DNA from: Candidatus Obscuribacteraceae bacterium
GTDB taxonomy: Bacteria > Cyanobacteriota > Vampirovibrionia > Obscuribacterales > Obscuribacteraceae
Reading direction: 5' to 3'
Length of the DNA: 64,000 nucleotides
Assembly: GCA_044226015.1 (NCBI GenBank)
Contig: JBGAHS010000005.1
Coordinates: 1 to 64,000 of the forward strand
This document shows, in pieces, positions 22,073 through 30,936 of this stretch; position 1 is the stretch's first letter; the number at the start of each line of letters is the position of its first letter. Position numbers and translations under genes: made by a program. The notes below the pieces were generated by a model. That model searched no databases and was not told the origin of the DNA. It was given only the letters and a program-made list of their open reading frames with translations.

Positions 22073-23113
22073 GTGTCAGAGCAGTCCAAGACCGAAAGCA
22101 AAGACGTCAAGATTGGGGAACTCTTGCTTGCTGTGAACGTAGTTACCAGCGGTGATTTGCAAGAGGCGATTCAGATTGCTAAGAGAATGAAGCTGCCAAT
22201 CGGTCGCGTTATTGTGATGTCAGGTGTGATCACCGAGCAAAACCTCCAGTATGCGCTCGAGGCGCAGTCTCTGATCCGTGACGGCATGTTAGAGCTTGAC
22301 ACTGCGATTATGGCTCTTAGTAATGCGTTGAAGCACAATTATTCTCTTCAGGATGCACTTGCCGAGCTTCGCTGGGCGCCAAAGAAAGACGTTGTGTCGA
22401 ATAAGCTCGGTGAGCTGCTTCTAGACTCAAACATGGTGTCTCAATCTCAACTGGATAGCGCCCTGCAAACTAGTTTTGACACAGGTATGCCTCTGGGTGG
22501 CACGCTTGTTTTGCAAGGTGTATTGAGTGCTCAATTACTTCCTCTCGTGCTAAATGCGCAAGAGCAAATACGCGATGGCAAAGTGACCCGCTCGCAGGCT
22601 GTCGAAAATCTCAAAGCAGCACTGATGTTCTGGGCTAAAACAGACGATGCACAAAATGCTGAATTAGACTTGCCTAAAGCAATAAAAGATGAGCCGAACG
22701 TGCCTTCTTACACAGCCAACCCAGGCTCGAAGCGCTCGTCGTTTACTCGACCTTCTGAAGAAAGTCTTGATATGGCGCCGCCACCACCGCCGCCACCACC
22801 TCCTGTTGCAAATTCTGGTCCATCAATGGGGCTAGTCGATATGATGAAAATGGCTGGCTATTGTTCAGATGCCGAAATACAAGCAGCAATAGATCGGGCT
22901 CTGGCGAGCGCAGACATAGCCAGTAAGCTGTTTATGGCAACCGGCCTGTTGACCAAAGAAAGTTTTGAGAACTTCGTTCGATGTCGTGCTTTGTTGGGTC
23001 GAGGTGCGTTAAAACCCGAGCAAGCAATCTATGCGCTTTCGGCTTGTCGATTGAGAGCTTGCCCCATTGATGTTATATTCAAAGAGATGGGGCTCAATCT
23101 TAACGGGCAGTAG
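22073..23113 (+). CDS. Multi-MshEN-like (GspE/PilB N-terminal type) domain protein without ATPase
   Basis: KIGELLL...DLQEAIQ...PIGRVIVMSGVITEQNLQYALEAQ; KLGELLLDSNMVSQSQLDSALQ...PLGGTLVLQGVL; poly-Pro linker; degenerate third copy. Confidence 0.75.
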   Translation: MSEQSKTESKDVKIGELLLAVNVVTSGDLQEAIQIAKRMKLPIGRVIVMSGVITEQNLQYALEAQSLIRDGMLELDTAIMALSNALKHNYSLQDALAELRWAPKKDVVSNKLGELLLDSNMVSQSQLDSALQTSFDTGMPLGGTLVLQGVLSAQLLPLVLNAQEQIRDGKVTRSQAVENLKAALMFWAKTDDAQNAELDLPKAIKDEPNVPSYTANPGSKRSSFTRPSEESLDMAPPPPPPPPPVANSGPSMGLVDMMKMAGYCSDAEIQAAIDRALASADIASKLFMATGLLTKESFENFVRCRALLGRGALKPEQAIYALSACRLRACPIDVIFKEMGLNLNGQ

Positions 23114-23180
23114 AGCTTAAGTTGGAGCCCTCTGTTCATCTGTTTTATAATAATGGTTAACCCCTCTAAACGGAGTCTGC

Positions 23181-23822
23181 GTGATGACAGAGCAGTCGAA
23201 AACCTTGATGGAACACCTCAAGGATAATACAAGGACCATGCACGACTCTGCTGAGTCTAGCGAGTTTCAGGGACATCTTGCAAATGGTCGGCTCTCTGAG
23301 GAGGCTTACGTTAGCTATCTAGAGCAGCTGTATTTAGTCCACAAGTTTTTGGAAGATGAAATTGCAAAGCACAGCGCCGAAGGAGCTAATTTCTCTGGAG
23401 TTGTGAGCTCAGAACAATTGCAGGTACCGTTCTTGAAAAAGGACATTGAGCACTTTGGACGTGACGTGGACAAGATTAAGCCACTTCCGGCGACGAATGA
23501 TGTAATTGAGCAGATGCGCAAACTTTCTAATGATTGTCCGGTCGCTTTGCTTGGAATGCACTATGTGCTTCTTGGTAGCAAACATGGTGGCAAGTTTATT
23601 GCAAAATCGTGCCAGGAAAAGTACAAGCTTGAAGATGCTGGAGCTTCTTATTTCGACCCTTACGGTCAAAACTTCATGCCATTATGGAAAAAGTTCAAAG
23701 AGTCTATGAATGAATTGAGCGTAAGCGAATCAGAGTTGCAAACGACTTCAGATTCCGCGGGAAAAATGTTCTCTGCTGTGGGCAATATCGGAGCCCAGTT
23801 GATGCCTTTGGTGCGTGCTTAA
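23181..23822 (+). CDS. Biliverdin-producing heme oxygenase
   Basis: LKDNTRTMHDSAE proximal His helix, YLEQLYLVHKFLE, LKKDIEHF, HYVLLGSKHGGKFI distal helix. Confidence 0.85.
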   Translation: MMTEQSKTLMEHLKDNTRTMHDSAESSEFQGHLANGRLSEEAYVSYLEQLYLVHKFLEDEIAKHSAEGANFSGVVSSEQLQVPFLKKDIEHFGRDVDKIKPLPATNDVIEQMRKLSNDCPVALLGMHYVLLGSKHGGKFIAKSCQEKYKLEDAGASYFDPYGQNFMPLWKKFKESMNELSVSESELQTTSDSAGKMFSAVGNIGAQLMPLVRA

Positions 23823-23978
23823 TCCTCAACTGAAGCGCAACTAAGCGCGCCTGGCGTTGCCATTCGTGCGGCAGAGATCCTAAGGCGACACTATATTTGG
23901 TATCACGGCTAATTCAGGTGCCGGCAGGATGGCGGCGCTGCCAGTCCGTCCCTTTTGCTTGACTGGTTGCGCAAATGG

Positions 23979-24042
23979 GGCTTGAATCTATTCGCTTGAG
24001 GCTTCAGTGTGGCTTGAATCTACTCGCTTGTAGCTTCAGTAG
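23979..24042. repeat. 32-bp imperfect tandem duplication covering the kinase stop codon
   Basis: ggcttgaatctattcgcttgaggcttcagtgt then ggcttgaatctactcgcttgtagcttcagtag. Confidence 0.8.
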
Positions 24043-26116
24043 TCATTTCTTTGTTTGTTTCTATCACGCCTTTTGAAGCATTCTTTGCTTTTTCTGCGTA
24101 GACTGCTGCTTCTGCGGTGTGCTTGTCCTGGCGGAGATAGTCCGAATAGCTGTTATAAGCCTCGGTTAGCAATGCCGGTTCCTTGAGCTTTTCTGCTAGT
24201 TTTACACCTTCGAACAATTCTTGTGCAGCGTCTGAAAAACGACTTTGATCGCGATCAAATTGACCCAGGCGCAAGTAGGCTTTTGCAAGACGCCTCTCTG
24301 CTGTTGGGGTGTTCTTATCTGGCGCATTCTTTCTGATTTCGAGGGCATCGCTTAAATATGGACGAACCTCTGAAAGGCGCTGTTGAAGATTGAGACATTC
24401 TCCCAAGAGTGATTTGAAATCAGCAGCTCTCTGTGTGGTATCAAGCTTGAGTTGCGAGTACGTATCAAGAGCGTCTTTAAGCAAAACTTCCGCTTTTGAA
24501 AATAAGCTGCGCGCCATCAATTTCTTTGCACTGAGTAGTACTGACTCTGCATTAGCTTCTGCTTCCAGCTGATTCATCGTTGAGGTGACAGAGGACGGAG
24601 AAGACTTTTTGAGCTTTGCCAGCAGTTCTTCGCTTGCTTTAACTTCGGCTAGCACAAGCATAGTGTTTGTAGTGCTGATTTCGTTGTTGACGCGTTCTTG
24701 TTCAGAGTATTGTCCGGCGCGTCCGTAAGCCTCAGCCAGCAACTGCAATGTGTCGAGTAAGTGTTTGTGTTTATCGTCAAAGCCCAGTGCCAATTTTTTT
24801 GCTTCAAGAAGGGCGCTCTTCGCTTCTTCTATATCGCCACGCTTGAGTGCATCCTGACCTTTGCTTTCCTGATACTCCCACATCTTCCTGAGATATGCAG
24901 GGGCGTGGTCGCCTTCAGGTCCTGGCCACAATGCAACACTCAGTCCGACGCCCATCACTAGAACAAGCGTTCCTAAGCCAATTACCAGTGCGTTATTGTT
25001 TTTTACTGGCGCATCTGCAGCTGCTGTTATGGGCTGAGCATGCTGGTCTCCGCTGAGTTTGATGCGGTCGAAAGTTTTGTTTAGTATGGAGTTTTTCTTG
25101 GTTGTCACTGCAACTGCGCCTGCGCGCAATCCTCTAACACCAGCTTCTAGAGCCGCGTCTAACAAGCTCTGTCTCACTTCACCGGCTGACTGATAGCGGT
25201 CTTCTGGATTTTTTGCAAGGCACTTCATTATTACAGCTTCGACCTGCAGAGGAATAGCTGCGTCTGGTGCTGTTTCTGAGAACGGCGGTGGTGTTTCGTT
25301 GATGTGTTTGACCACTGTGTTTACGAAAGTATCACCCATGATTGGTGGCACTCCCGCGAGAGTTTCGTACATTAAACATCCCAGCGAATAAATGTCAGAG
25401 CGCTGGTCAAGGCTCTTGCCATTGCACTGTTCCGGGCTCATGTACAGAGGGCTGCCGAAGATTTCACCGGTCACAGTGATGTTCTGGCGTGGTCGTCCGT
25501 CAATGGGCAACAATTTGGCGATGCCGAAGTCTACGAGTTTGACGCAAGTAGAGCCATCATCTTGTTTTATGAGTACAAGATTGCTCGGCTTCAAATCACG
25601 GTGCACAACACGTTTCTTGTGGGCGTGCTCTAATCCGTCACAGGTTTGTTTGAAAATCGAAATCGCTTCGGATAGTCCGAGTCGCTGCTGTCGTTCCAGC
25701 ACATCCATCAGGCTTTCGCCTTCGAGACAGTCCATGACGAAGTAGGCTTGACCATTTTTCGTCATACCAAAATCGTGAACGGTCACAATGTTCTGATGCG
25801 AAAGAGAACTTGCTGCTTTCGATTCATGTTCAAAACGTGCGACTGCTGTTTTATCGTTAACGAGATGTTCCAGCATGAGTTTGACCGCTACAACGCGGTC
25901 CATGTAACGGTGGCGAGCCTTGTAGACAACGCTCATGCCGCCTTCGCCGAGTACACTCATAATTTCGTATTTGTCAGCAAATACTTGCCCGATTAACGGG
26001 TCGACCTCAGGATGGTCTGGGCAGCTGTTGCTGCCTTCCGGAAATTCCTTTTGACATTTGCTGCAAATATTTGAATTTGCTTCCTGCTCCACCACTAGCT
26101 CGCCTATCTCCACCAA
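24020..26116 (-). CDS. Hanks-type Ser/Thr kinase with Zn-ribbon-like N-terminus, TM helix and TPR-like C-terminus
   Basis: LGEGGMSVVY, VAVK, HRDLKPSN, DFG, YMSPEQ, SDIYSLG; CSKC...CPDH; TM ALVIGLGTLVLVMGVGLSVALW. Confidence 0.93.
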   Translation of the reverse strand: MVEIGELVVEQEANSNICSKCQKEFPEGSNSCPDHPEVDPLIGQVFADKYEIMSVLGEGGMSVVYKARHRYMDRVVAVKLMLEHLVNDKTAVARFEHESKAASSLSHQNIVTVHDFGMTKNGQAYFVMDCLEGESLMDVLERQQRLGLSEAISIFKQTCDGLEHAHKKRVVHRDLKPSNLVLIKQDDGSTCVKLVDFGIAKLLPIDGRPRQNITVTGEIFGSPLYMSPEQCNGKSLDQRSDIYSLGCLMYETLAGVPPIMGDTFVNTVVKHINETPPPFSETAPDAAIPLQVEAVIMKCLAKNPEDRYQSAGEVRQSLLDAALEAGVRGLRAGAVAVTTKKNSILNKTFDRIKLSGDQHAQPITAAADAPVKNNNALVIGLGTLVLVMGVGLSVALWPGPEGDHAPAYLRKMWEYQESKGQDALKRGDIEEAKSALLEAKKLALGFDDKHKHLLDTLQLLAEAYGRAGQYSEQERVNNEISTTNTMLVLAEVKASEELLAKLKKSSPSSVTSTMNQLEAEANAESVLLSAKKLMARSLFSKAEVLLKDALDTYSQLKLDTTQRAADFKSLLGECLNLQQRLSEVRPYLSDALEIRKNAPDKNTPTAERRLAKAYLRLGQFDRDQSRFSDAAQELFEGVKLAEKLKEPALLTEAYNSYSDYLRQDKHTAEAAVYAEKAKNASKGVIETNKEMTTEATSE

Positions 26117-26304
26117 GAAACAACAACCCTACCCATCCATTTTACGGCATGATCACTCTTTCGACAGCAAATAATGTTGTCAAATAGCAGTTCTGTTGCG
26201 CATAAACACACAAAGGCGGTTGATTGCCCCTCGTTTTTGCCCGTAAATATTCTATTAGCAACTCTTTGAAAGTTGTGTAAATTATTAGTGACGTTGGCGT
26301 TGGA

Positions 26305-27906
26305 TTAATTCTGGACTTGTCGGTGTTCTTCTACCGGAGAGGCAAGCGAGGCATTGCTTCCGTGCCATTCGCCGTCTTTGATCACGGGCGTTTGCGATTC
26401 TTTGAAGTCCAAACGGCTTTCCTCATCAACCCTTTTCTTTGTGTATTCGAATGCATCGCTCAGGCTATGTCGAGATCTTAGCCCGTCAATGAAGTGTTTA
26501 GTGAAAATTCCGTTCTTGTATCGCAGTGAGTCGTGGGCAATCTGATCTTCACTTGCGGAGGCGATCACCATTTGCCCAGTGCCCTGGACCAGGTCCTCAA
26601 AGCCATAACCCTTAGGTGTTTCCAGTCCTTTCGCGCCTGGGTCGGCTGAACCAGAGTGGCATGTGTCTAGAACGATAACGATGCGATCGGTATTCAGTCG
26701 CCTCTTAATTGTTCTGGCAAGGTCTTGCATTTCGATGCCGGTTGCGAAGGCATTTAGCGGGTCGGTATCGAAAGCTACAAGAAAGTTTTTGCGGGCGGCA
26801 TCCATCGAAGATGCTGTTGCATGAGTTGCAAAATAAACCAAAACAATGTCGCCTGGTTTGACATTGTTAGGTAACCAGCGGCTTCCCAGCTCGGTCAGTA
26901 TGTTCTCGCGGGTTGCACGTTCATCGGTTAAGAGTTTGACGTGGTCGGTGGCGAAATTCCCTTCTTTCACAAGGTAGCTAGCCAAATCTCTGGCATCTTT
27001 TGCGGGGTAAAGTAGGTTCCAGCGAGGATTTTTGAATTTACTTACACCTACAACCAGTGCCCATTTATCAAACCCATTCTTCTTATGTGCAACCACCGAT
27101 GATGGCACCGAGCTTGTGGTATTTATATCTGATGCTTGTGCTTTTGAGTTGTCTTTTTTGGTTGTGTTTGAACTTGCGATAGTTTCAGCAGCTTTTCCGT
27201 GCTGCAGCTGTAGTTCTACTGCTAGGGGCTTACTTATGTCACGTGAAACTACAGTTAGTGCTGGCTCTTTCTGAAAGGTTTTTGCCTCTGTTGCAGGCGA
27301 AAAACTCACTCGTGATGCGATTTTAGTCTTGAAATCAATTTCGCAGGCTGATGTTTTGCTGAATGTATTTTCTTTAGGCGTGATGATAATCGAGCGTGAG
27401 TATTGAGCTGGCGAGTTTGTGAGTTTCTCTTTGGAGAGAATCACTTTTAGTACTTCAGTACCTGGCTTCGCATCAAATTCAAGAACACCATTTGCTGGAA
27501 CCATAATGTCTGTTCCTGCTTTAACTTGATTATTTTCGTCAGATCCGGGTGCCGGATACAAGAGAGCAGAGTCTCCGCGAGTGCCTTGTTTCATGAGAAT
27601 GTACAGGTATCCATCTATGTTCGACTGAACATGAAAACGTAGTTGATCGCCAGAACGAAAAGGAAATCGACTGTCGACTTGTGCAACTTTTCCTTGACGA
27701 GTTAATTCCACCGAATACGTGAGTCCGATACATTTCGGAGCCAGTCCTGAGTTAGAGGTACTCGCATTTAGCTGAGTGTCGAACAAGCTTTTGGCACCAT
27801 CAGCGTTGGCGGCTGGTAAAAATTGTGAGCCCAGTAGGAGTGAAAGTGTGAAAGAGCAAAAGACCGTACTGTGCAGCATTTGCGGCTTTCTGTTTGCTTG
27901 TTTCAT
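26305..27906 (-). CDS. Secreted DUF4384-like plus caspase-family (peptidase C14) protein
   Basis: Signal peptide; FRSGDQLRFHVQSNIDGYLYI...LLYP (DUF4384-like); KWALVVGVSKF, YFATHA (His), LDTCHSG (Cys), NGIFTKHF, QTP. Confidence 0.85.
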   Translation of the reverse strand: MKQANRKPQMLHSTVFCSFTLSLLLGSQFLPAANADGAKSLFDTQLNASTSNSGLAPKCIGLTYSVELTRQGKVAQVDSRFPFRSGDQLRFHVQSNIDGYLYILMKQGTRGDSALLYPAPGSDENNQVKAGTDIMVPANGVLEFDAKPGTEVLKVILSKEKLTNSPAQYSRSIIITPKENTFSKTSACEIDFKTKIASRVSFSPATEAKTFQKEPALTVVSRDISKPLAVELQLQHGKAAETIASSNTTKKDNSKAQASDINTTSSVPSSVVAHKKNGFDKWALVVGVSKFKNPRWNLLYPAKDARDLASYLVKEGNFATDHVKLLTDERATRENILTELGSRWLPNNVKPGDIVLVYFATHATASSMDAARKNFLVAFDTDPLNAFATGIEMQDLARTIKRRLNTDRIVIVLDTCHSGSADPGAKGLETPKGYGFEDLVQGTGQMVIASASEDQIAHDSLRYKNGIFTKHFIDGLRSRHSLSDAFEYTKKRVDEESRLDFKESQTPVIKDGEWHGSNASLASPVEEHRQVQN

Positions 27907-28043
27907 TTACTTTGCTCCCATCCTTTTGTGGCTTGGACCTTATTCTACTAGCCGATAAAGATGTTTAGGGGCGGTTTTATGAAATCTGGTTGCTGCTTTA
28001 TCAAAGATGGGTAAATATAGGTTAGCTCTTTGCGAGTCTTACC

Positions 28044-28520
28044 ATGGCCAAAACACCAACTCAATTGCTGGATACTCTGCTTGAAGAGGCGGAGACTGCC
28101 GGAATGGTCAAAGAACACACACTTGAGCAAGCTCATTATGCTTCGCTGAATGTAGAACAGGTTCTGGGCGAGAAATTCGACGGTCTTGTGCGGCAGATTT
28201 CGGAAGAATGGGGTGTAAGCCCTGATCAGAATGTCATCGTTAACCGAGAAGATGGGCGAAAGGCTCCTCTTCCTAAATGGCTGCATGAGGCGGCTAATGA
28301 AGCTGCTTCAAGGAAGTTGTACAAGGTGGCATTCTGGAAACGCGAAGGTGGCTATTGTTTCGTGATGATGCGTGCAGACCTCGACTCTAAAGACAGACCT
28401 AACTATTACAATCTGGTGCTTGGTTCACGACGAAGAGTTTCCGAAGGTGCAAGAACCATCAGCAATTTGAGACGTGAACGTCCCTGGTGGTCGTACCTCA
28501 TTCCTGGCTATAAAGGCTAA
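28044..28520 (+). CDS. Hypothetical protein
   Basis: 158-aa ORF filling the gap between two minus-strand genes; normal composition. Confidence 0.6.
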   Translation: MAKTPTQLLDTLLEEAETAGMVKEHTLEQAHYASLNVEQVLGEKFDGLVRQISEEWGVSPDQNVIVNREDGRKAPLPKWLHEAANEAASRKLYKVAFWKREGGYCFVMMRADLDSKDRPNYYNLVLGSRRRVSEGARTISNLRRERPWWSYLIPGYKG

Positions 28521-28530
28521 AGAGTTAGAT

Positions 28531-29706
28531 TTACTGCTTGCCGTTAAACACGTTGTAGTCGAATGCAAACTTGATATCGACAAATGGTCCTGCGCCTTTT
28601 GGTAGCGCCGGGAATGGTGCTGCATTGGTGATTGCCAATTTCGCAGCGTCGTCTGCTGCGGCAACGCCTGATGATTTAACTAGTTTGATATTGCCACCAA
28701 CACTGCCATCACTCATTACCTTGAATTTCAATGTGATAGTGAGGGACTCGGCTCCTCTCGGCGGATACCAATTCTTCTTGATGCGCTTCTTCACTTCATC
28801 AAGGTAATTGCCAAAGTCTACGTCATCGCCATCACCGCCGCCACCAGCGTCAGGTGCGCCAGTTCCATTCGGTGAGCCATTGGCACTACCGGCGGTTTCA
28901 GCAGGCGCTGCAGCTGGTGCAGGCTCGTTGCTCTGAACCACAGGGTCAGCAACGGGCTGGTCTGTTTTTACTGCTACCGCAACAGGAGTTGGTTTCGGTG
29001 GGGTAGGAGCCACAGCCTTCTTGGGTTGCTCCACCTTCTTAGGCTCTTCTTTCTTCTGTTCTGGTTTCGGTTTTGGAGGCTCAGGTTCCTTCTTCGGAGG
29101 CGGAGGAGGTTCTGGCTTGTCCAGCAAGAATGTTACGTTGGTTTCTTCCGGAAGCTTCGGAGGTGCCACCACAAATACCACCATCATAAGCAGTGCGCAA
29201 ATGGTAGAAAAATGCACGAGGTATGAGCCGCTAGTGGCTTCTGGCATCGTGAGCTTGAATCGTGGAATGACTAAGCCCCGGTTCTTTTCCACAGCGCGAT
29301 CATACGCGTCTCGCGCTACATATAAATAGAAGCTGAGAATAAGGCTCAAGTAAACGAGGGTTACAGCGCGTCCGGTATGTACAATTTCCAGCGTCTGCTG
29401 AATATTCAGTTTCGACTCGAAATGAAACATCGAACCGAGGCTGACGATTGCTTGCAACATTGGTTCAGTGAAGAACAGCAACGAGAGCAAAACAACGTTC
29501 GCCATTGCCACAGTTAAGAACAATGCGCCTTTGACTCGTTCTCCATTGTAGAACTGTCCCAATCCTGGAACTACGGAGAGCGCGAGAGCTCGTTTTGGTT
29601 CGACGGCTCGCAGTGAAGGCAGCCTTGTAGCTGCTTCCTGCTTTGTTTGTGTTTCGCGCTCTTTCAGACTTTCTGTCATTGAGCTTTCTCTGCCTTTCGA
29701 ACCCAA
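28531..29706 (-). CDS. TonB/TolA C-terminal domain protein with multi-pass membrane N-terminus
   Basis: LSVVPGLGQFYNG membrane module, Pro/Lys/Glu-rich linker, YLDEVKKRIKKNWYPP...SSGVAAADDAAKLAITNAAPFPALP. Confidence 0.85.
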   Translation of the reverse strand: MGSKGRESSMTESLKERETQTKQEAATRLPSLRAVEPKRALALSVVPGLGQFYNGERVKGALFLTVAMANVVLLSLLFFTEPMLQAIVSLGSMFHFESKLNIQQTLEIVHTGRAVTLVYLSLILSFYLYVARDAYDRAVEKNRGLVIPRFKLTMPEATSGSYLVHFSTICALLMMVVFVVAPPKLPEETNVTFLLDKPEPPPPPKKEPEPPKPKPEQKKEEPKKVEQPKKAVAPTPPKPTPVAVAVKTDQPVADPVVQSNEPAPAAAPAETAGSANGSPNGTGAPDAGGGGDGDDVDFGNYLDEVKKRIKKNWYPPRGAESLTITLKFKVMSDGSVGGNIKLVKSSGVAAADDAAKLAITNAAPFPALPKGAGPFVDIKFAFDYNVFNGKQ

Positions 29707-29968
29707 CTTCTTAGACCTATATTCTCCGACATTTCCGATAGGATGTCATGCATACCTTAGGGAGACTTAACTCATAAAAGACGACACGGTTGTCAAATGG
29801 TTCCGCCTGCTTGCGAAACGGTGCTTATTAGAAATATCACAGATACAACATTCCTTTTCAAGTTTTCGTGAAACTTGCATCAACCCTTCAAGTTTTTCCG
29901 CCAGATGAATTTCACTAAATCTTTCTTGCGCGGGATGAGTTGCCAGCACCATATGTGGTGTTAGCCTT

Positions 29969-30676
29969 TTACTCGCCGAGTCCGAGAAGTTCTTTGAGCT
30001 TTTCGGCCGGGCCATGCTTTGGCTTATAGAATGTGGCTGACCAACCCTTATTAAAGGCAGTTGCAGAATCGTATTGCTGGTCGCTCGCTGCCATTTCTTG
30101 CAGTAAGTGAAGGATGTGTCTGCATTCAGCAATTGCAGGAACTCCCGCGCGCGAACAATCATGTTTGCCCAGGTCTTGTTGAATGTAGGAAACTGCGGTG
30201 TCGCTCTCTTTGGCTCCCACAAATCTGCTATAGACCAACTGAACGTCAACAAAGCTACCTTCAAGGGCTGGCAGCTTTTCTCGTTGACAAAGTGTTGAAA
30301 GGGTTTCTTTTATTTTGTTTGGGTGGAAGCATAAAACGCGAGTCTTGCGGAATCCGGCGTTCAAAATCTTGTGCACTTCTGCAAACGATGGTGCATTGCT
30401 GGCTTTTACCTGGTTGCTGCCGTGAGTGTGCAGAAGTTCGCTGTTTACTGCGCCATCTGGACGAATCAACATGTCCATAAGCACTTTGTCGTTAGGACCC
30501 AATACGCTCACAGTGACCAGTTCTTCCGCGTCTCCAGGTATGACTCGATGCTCAAGCTGACGGCTTGTCTTAATCGCAAGAATCACCCAATCATTGACGC
30601 TTAGCAGGTCGCGACAGAGAAGAATCGCTCTATTGCGGTCGATAATGTTCGGATGATGTTCGGGTTGATTTTTCAT
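29969..30676 (-). CDS. DEDDh (DnaQ-like) exonuclease-fold protein, catalytic residues apparently lost
   Basis: Scaffold motifs (VLMDMLIRP, THG, NAPSFAEV) are present, but ExoI reads VILAIKTS rather than hhhDxETTG. Confidence 0.7.
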   Translation of the reverse strand: MKNQPEHHPNIIDRNRAILLCRDLLSVNDWVILAIKTSRQLEHRVIPGDAEELVTVSVLGPNDKVLMDMLIRPDGAVNSELLHTHGSNQVKASNAPSFAEVHKILNAGFRKTRVLCFHPNKIKETLSTLCQREKLPALEGSFVDVQLVYSRFVGAKESDTAVSYIQQDLGKHDCSRAGVPAIAECRHILHLLQEMAASDQQYDSATAFNKGWSATFYKPKHGPAEKLKELLGLGE

Positions 30677-30936
30677 AAGATCTGCTCGCGATTAGACAGG
30701 TATATCTTAAGGCGAATCTTCTAATGCGTAATTAAACGGATTTGAACCGCATGGGGCATTCTGGGTTTCGCCGAAACCTGCAGCTAAGGCATTGGCAGCT
30801 TTTGCGGATCGACCAGCATCTCTATATCGGAGGACAGACCTTGCGCGATTAGCTAAGATTTTTCTCGTTACAGCCGTTTTCCAATTAGCTTTCTCTCAAT
30901 TTGGGTAAGACTCATACGGTTAACCATGAGTAGTCT

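Noticed and set aside
23181..23822. Heme oxygenase as evidence of phycobilin synthesis or photosynthesis
   Set aside because: No bilin reductase, phycobiliprotein or photosystem genes in the window.
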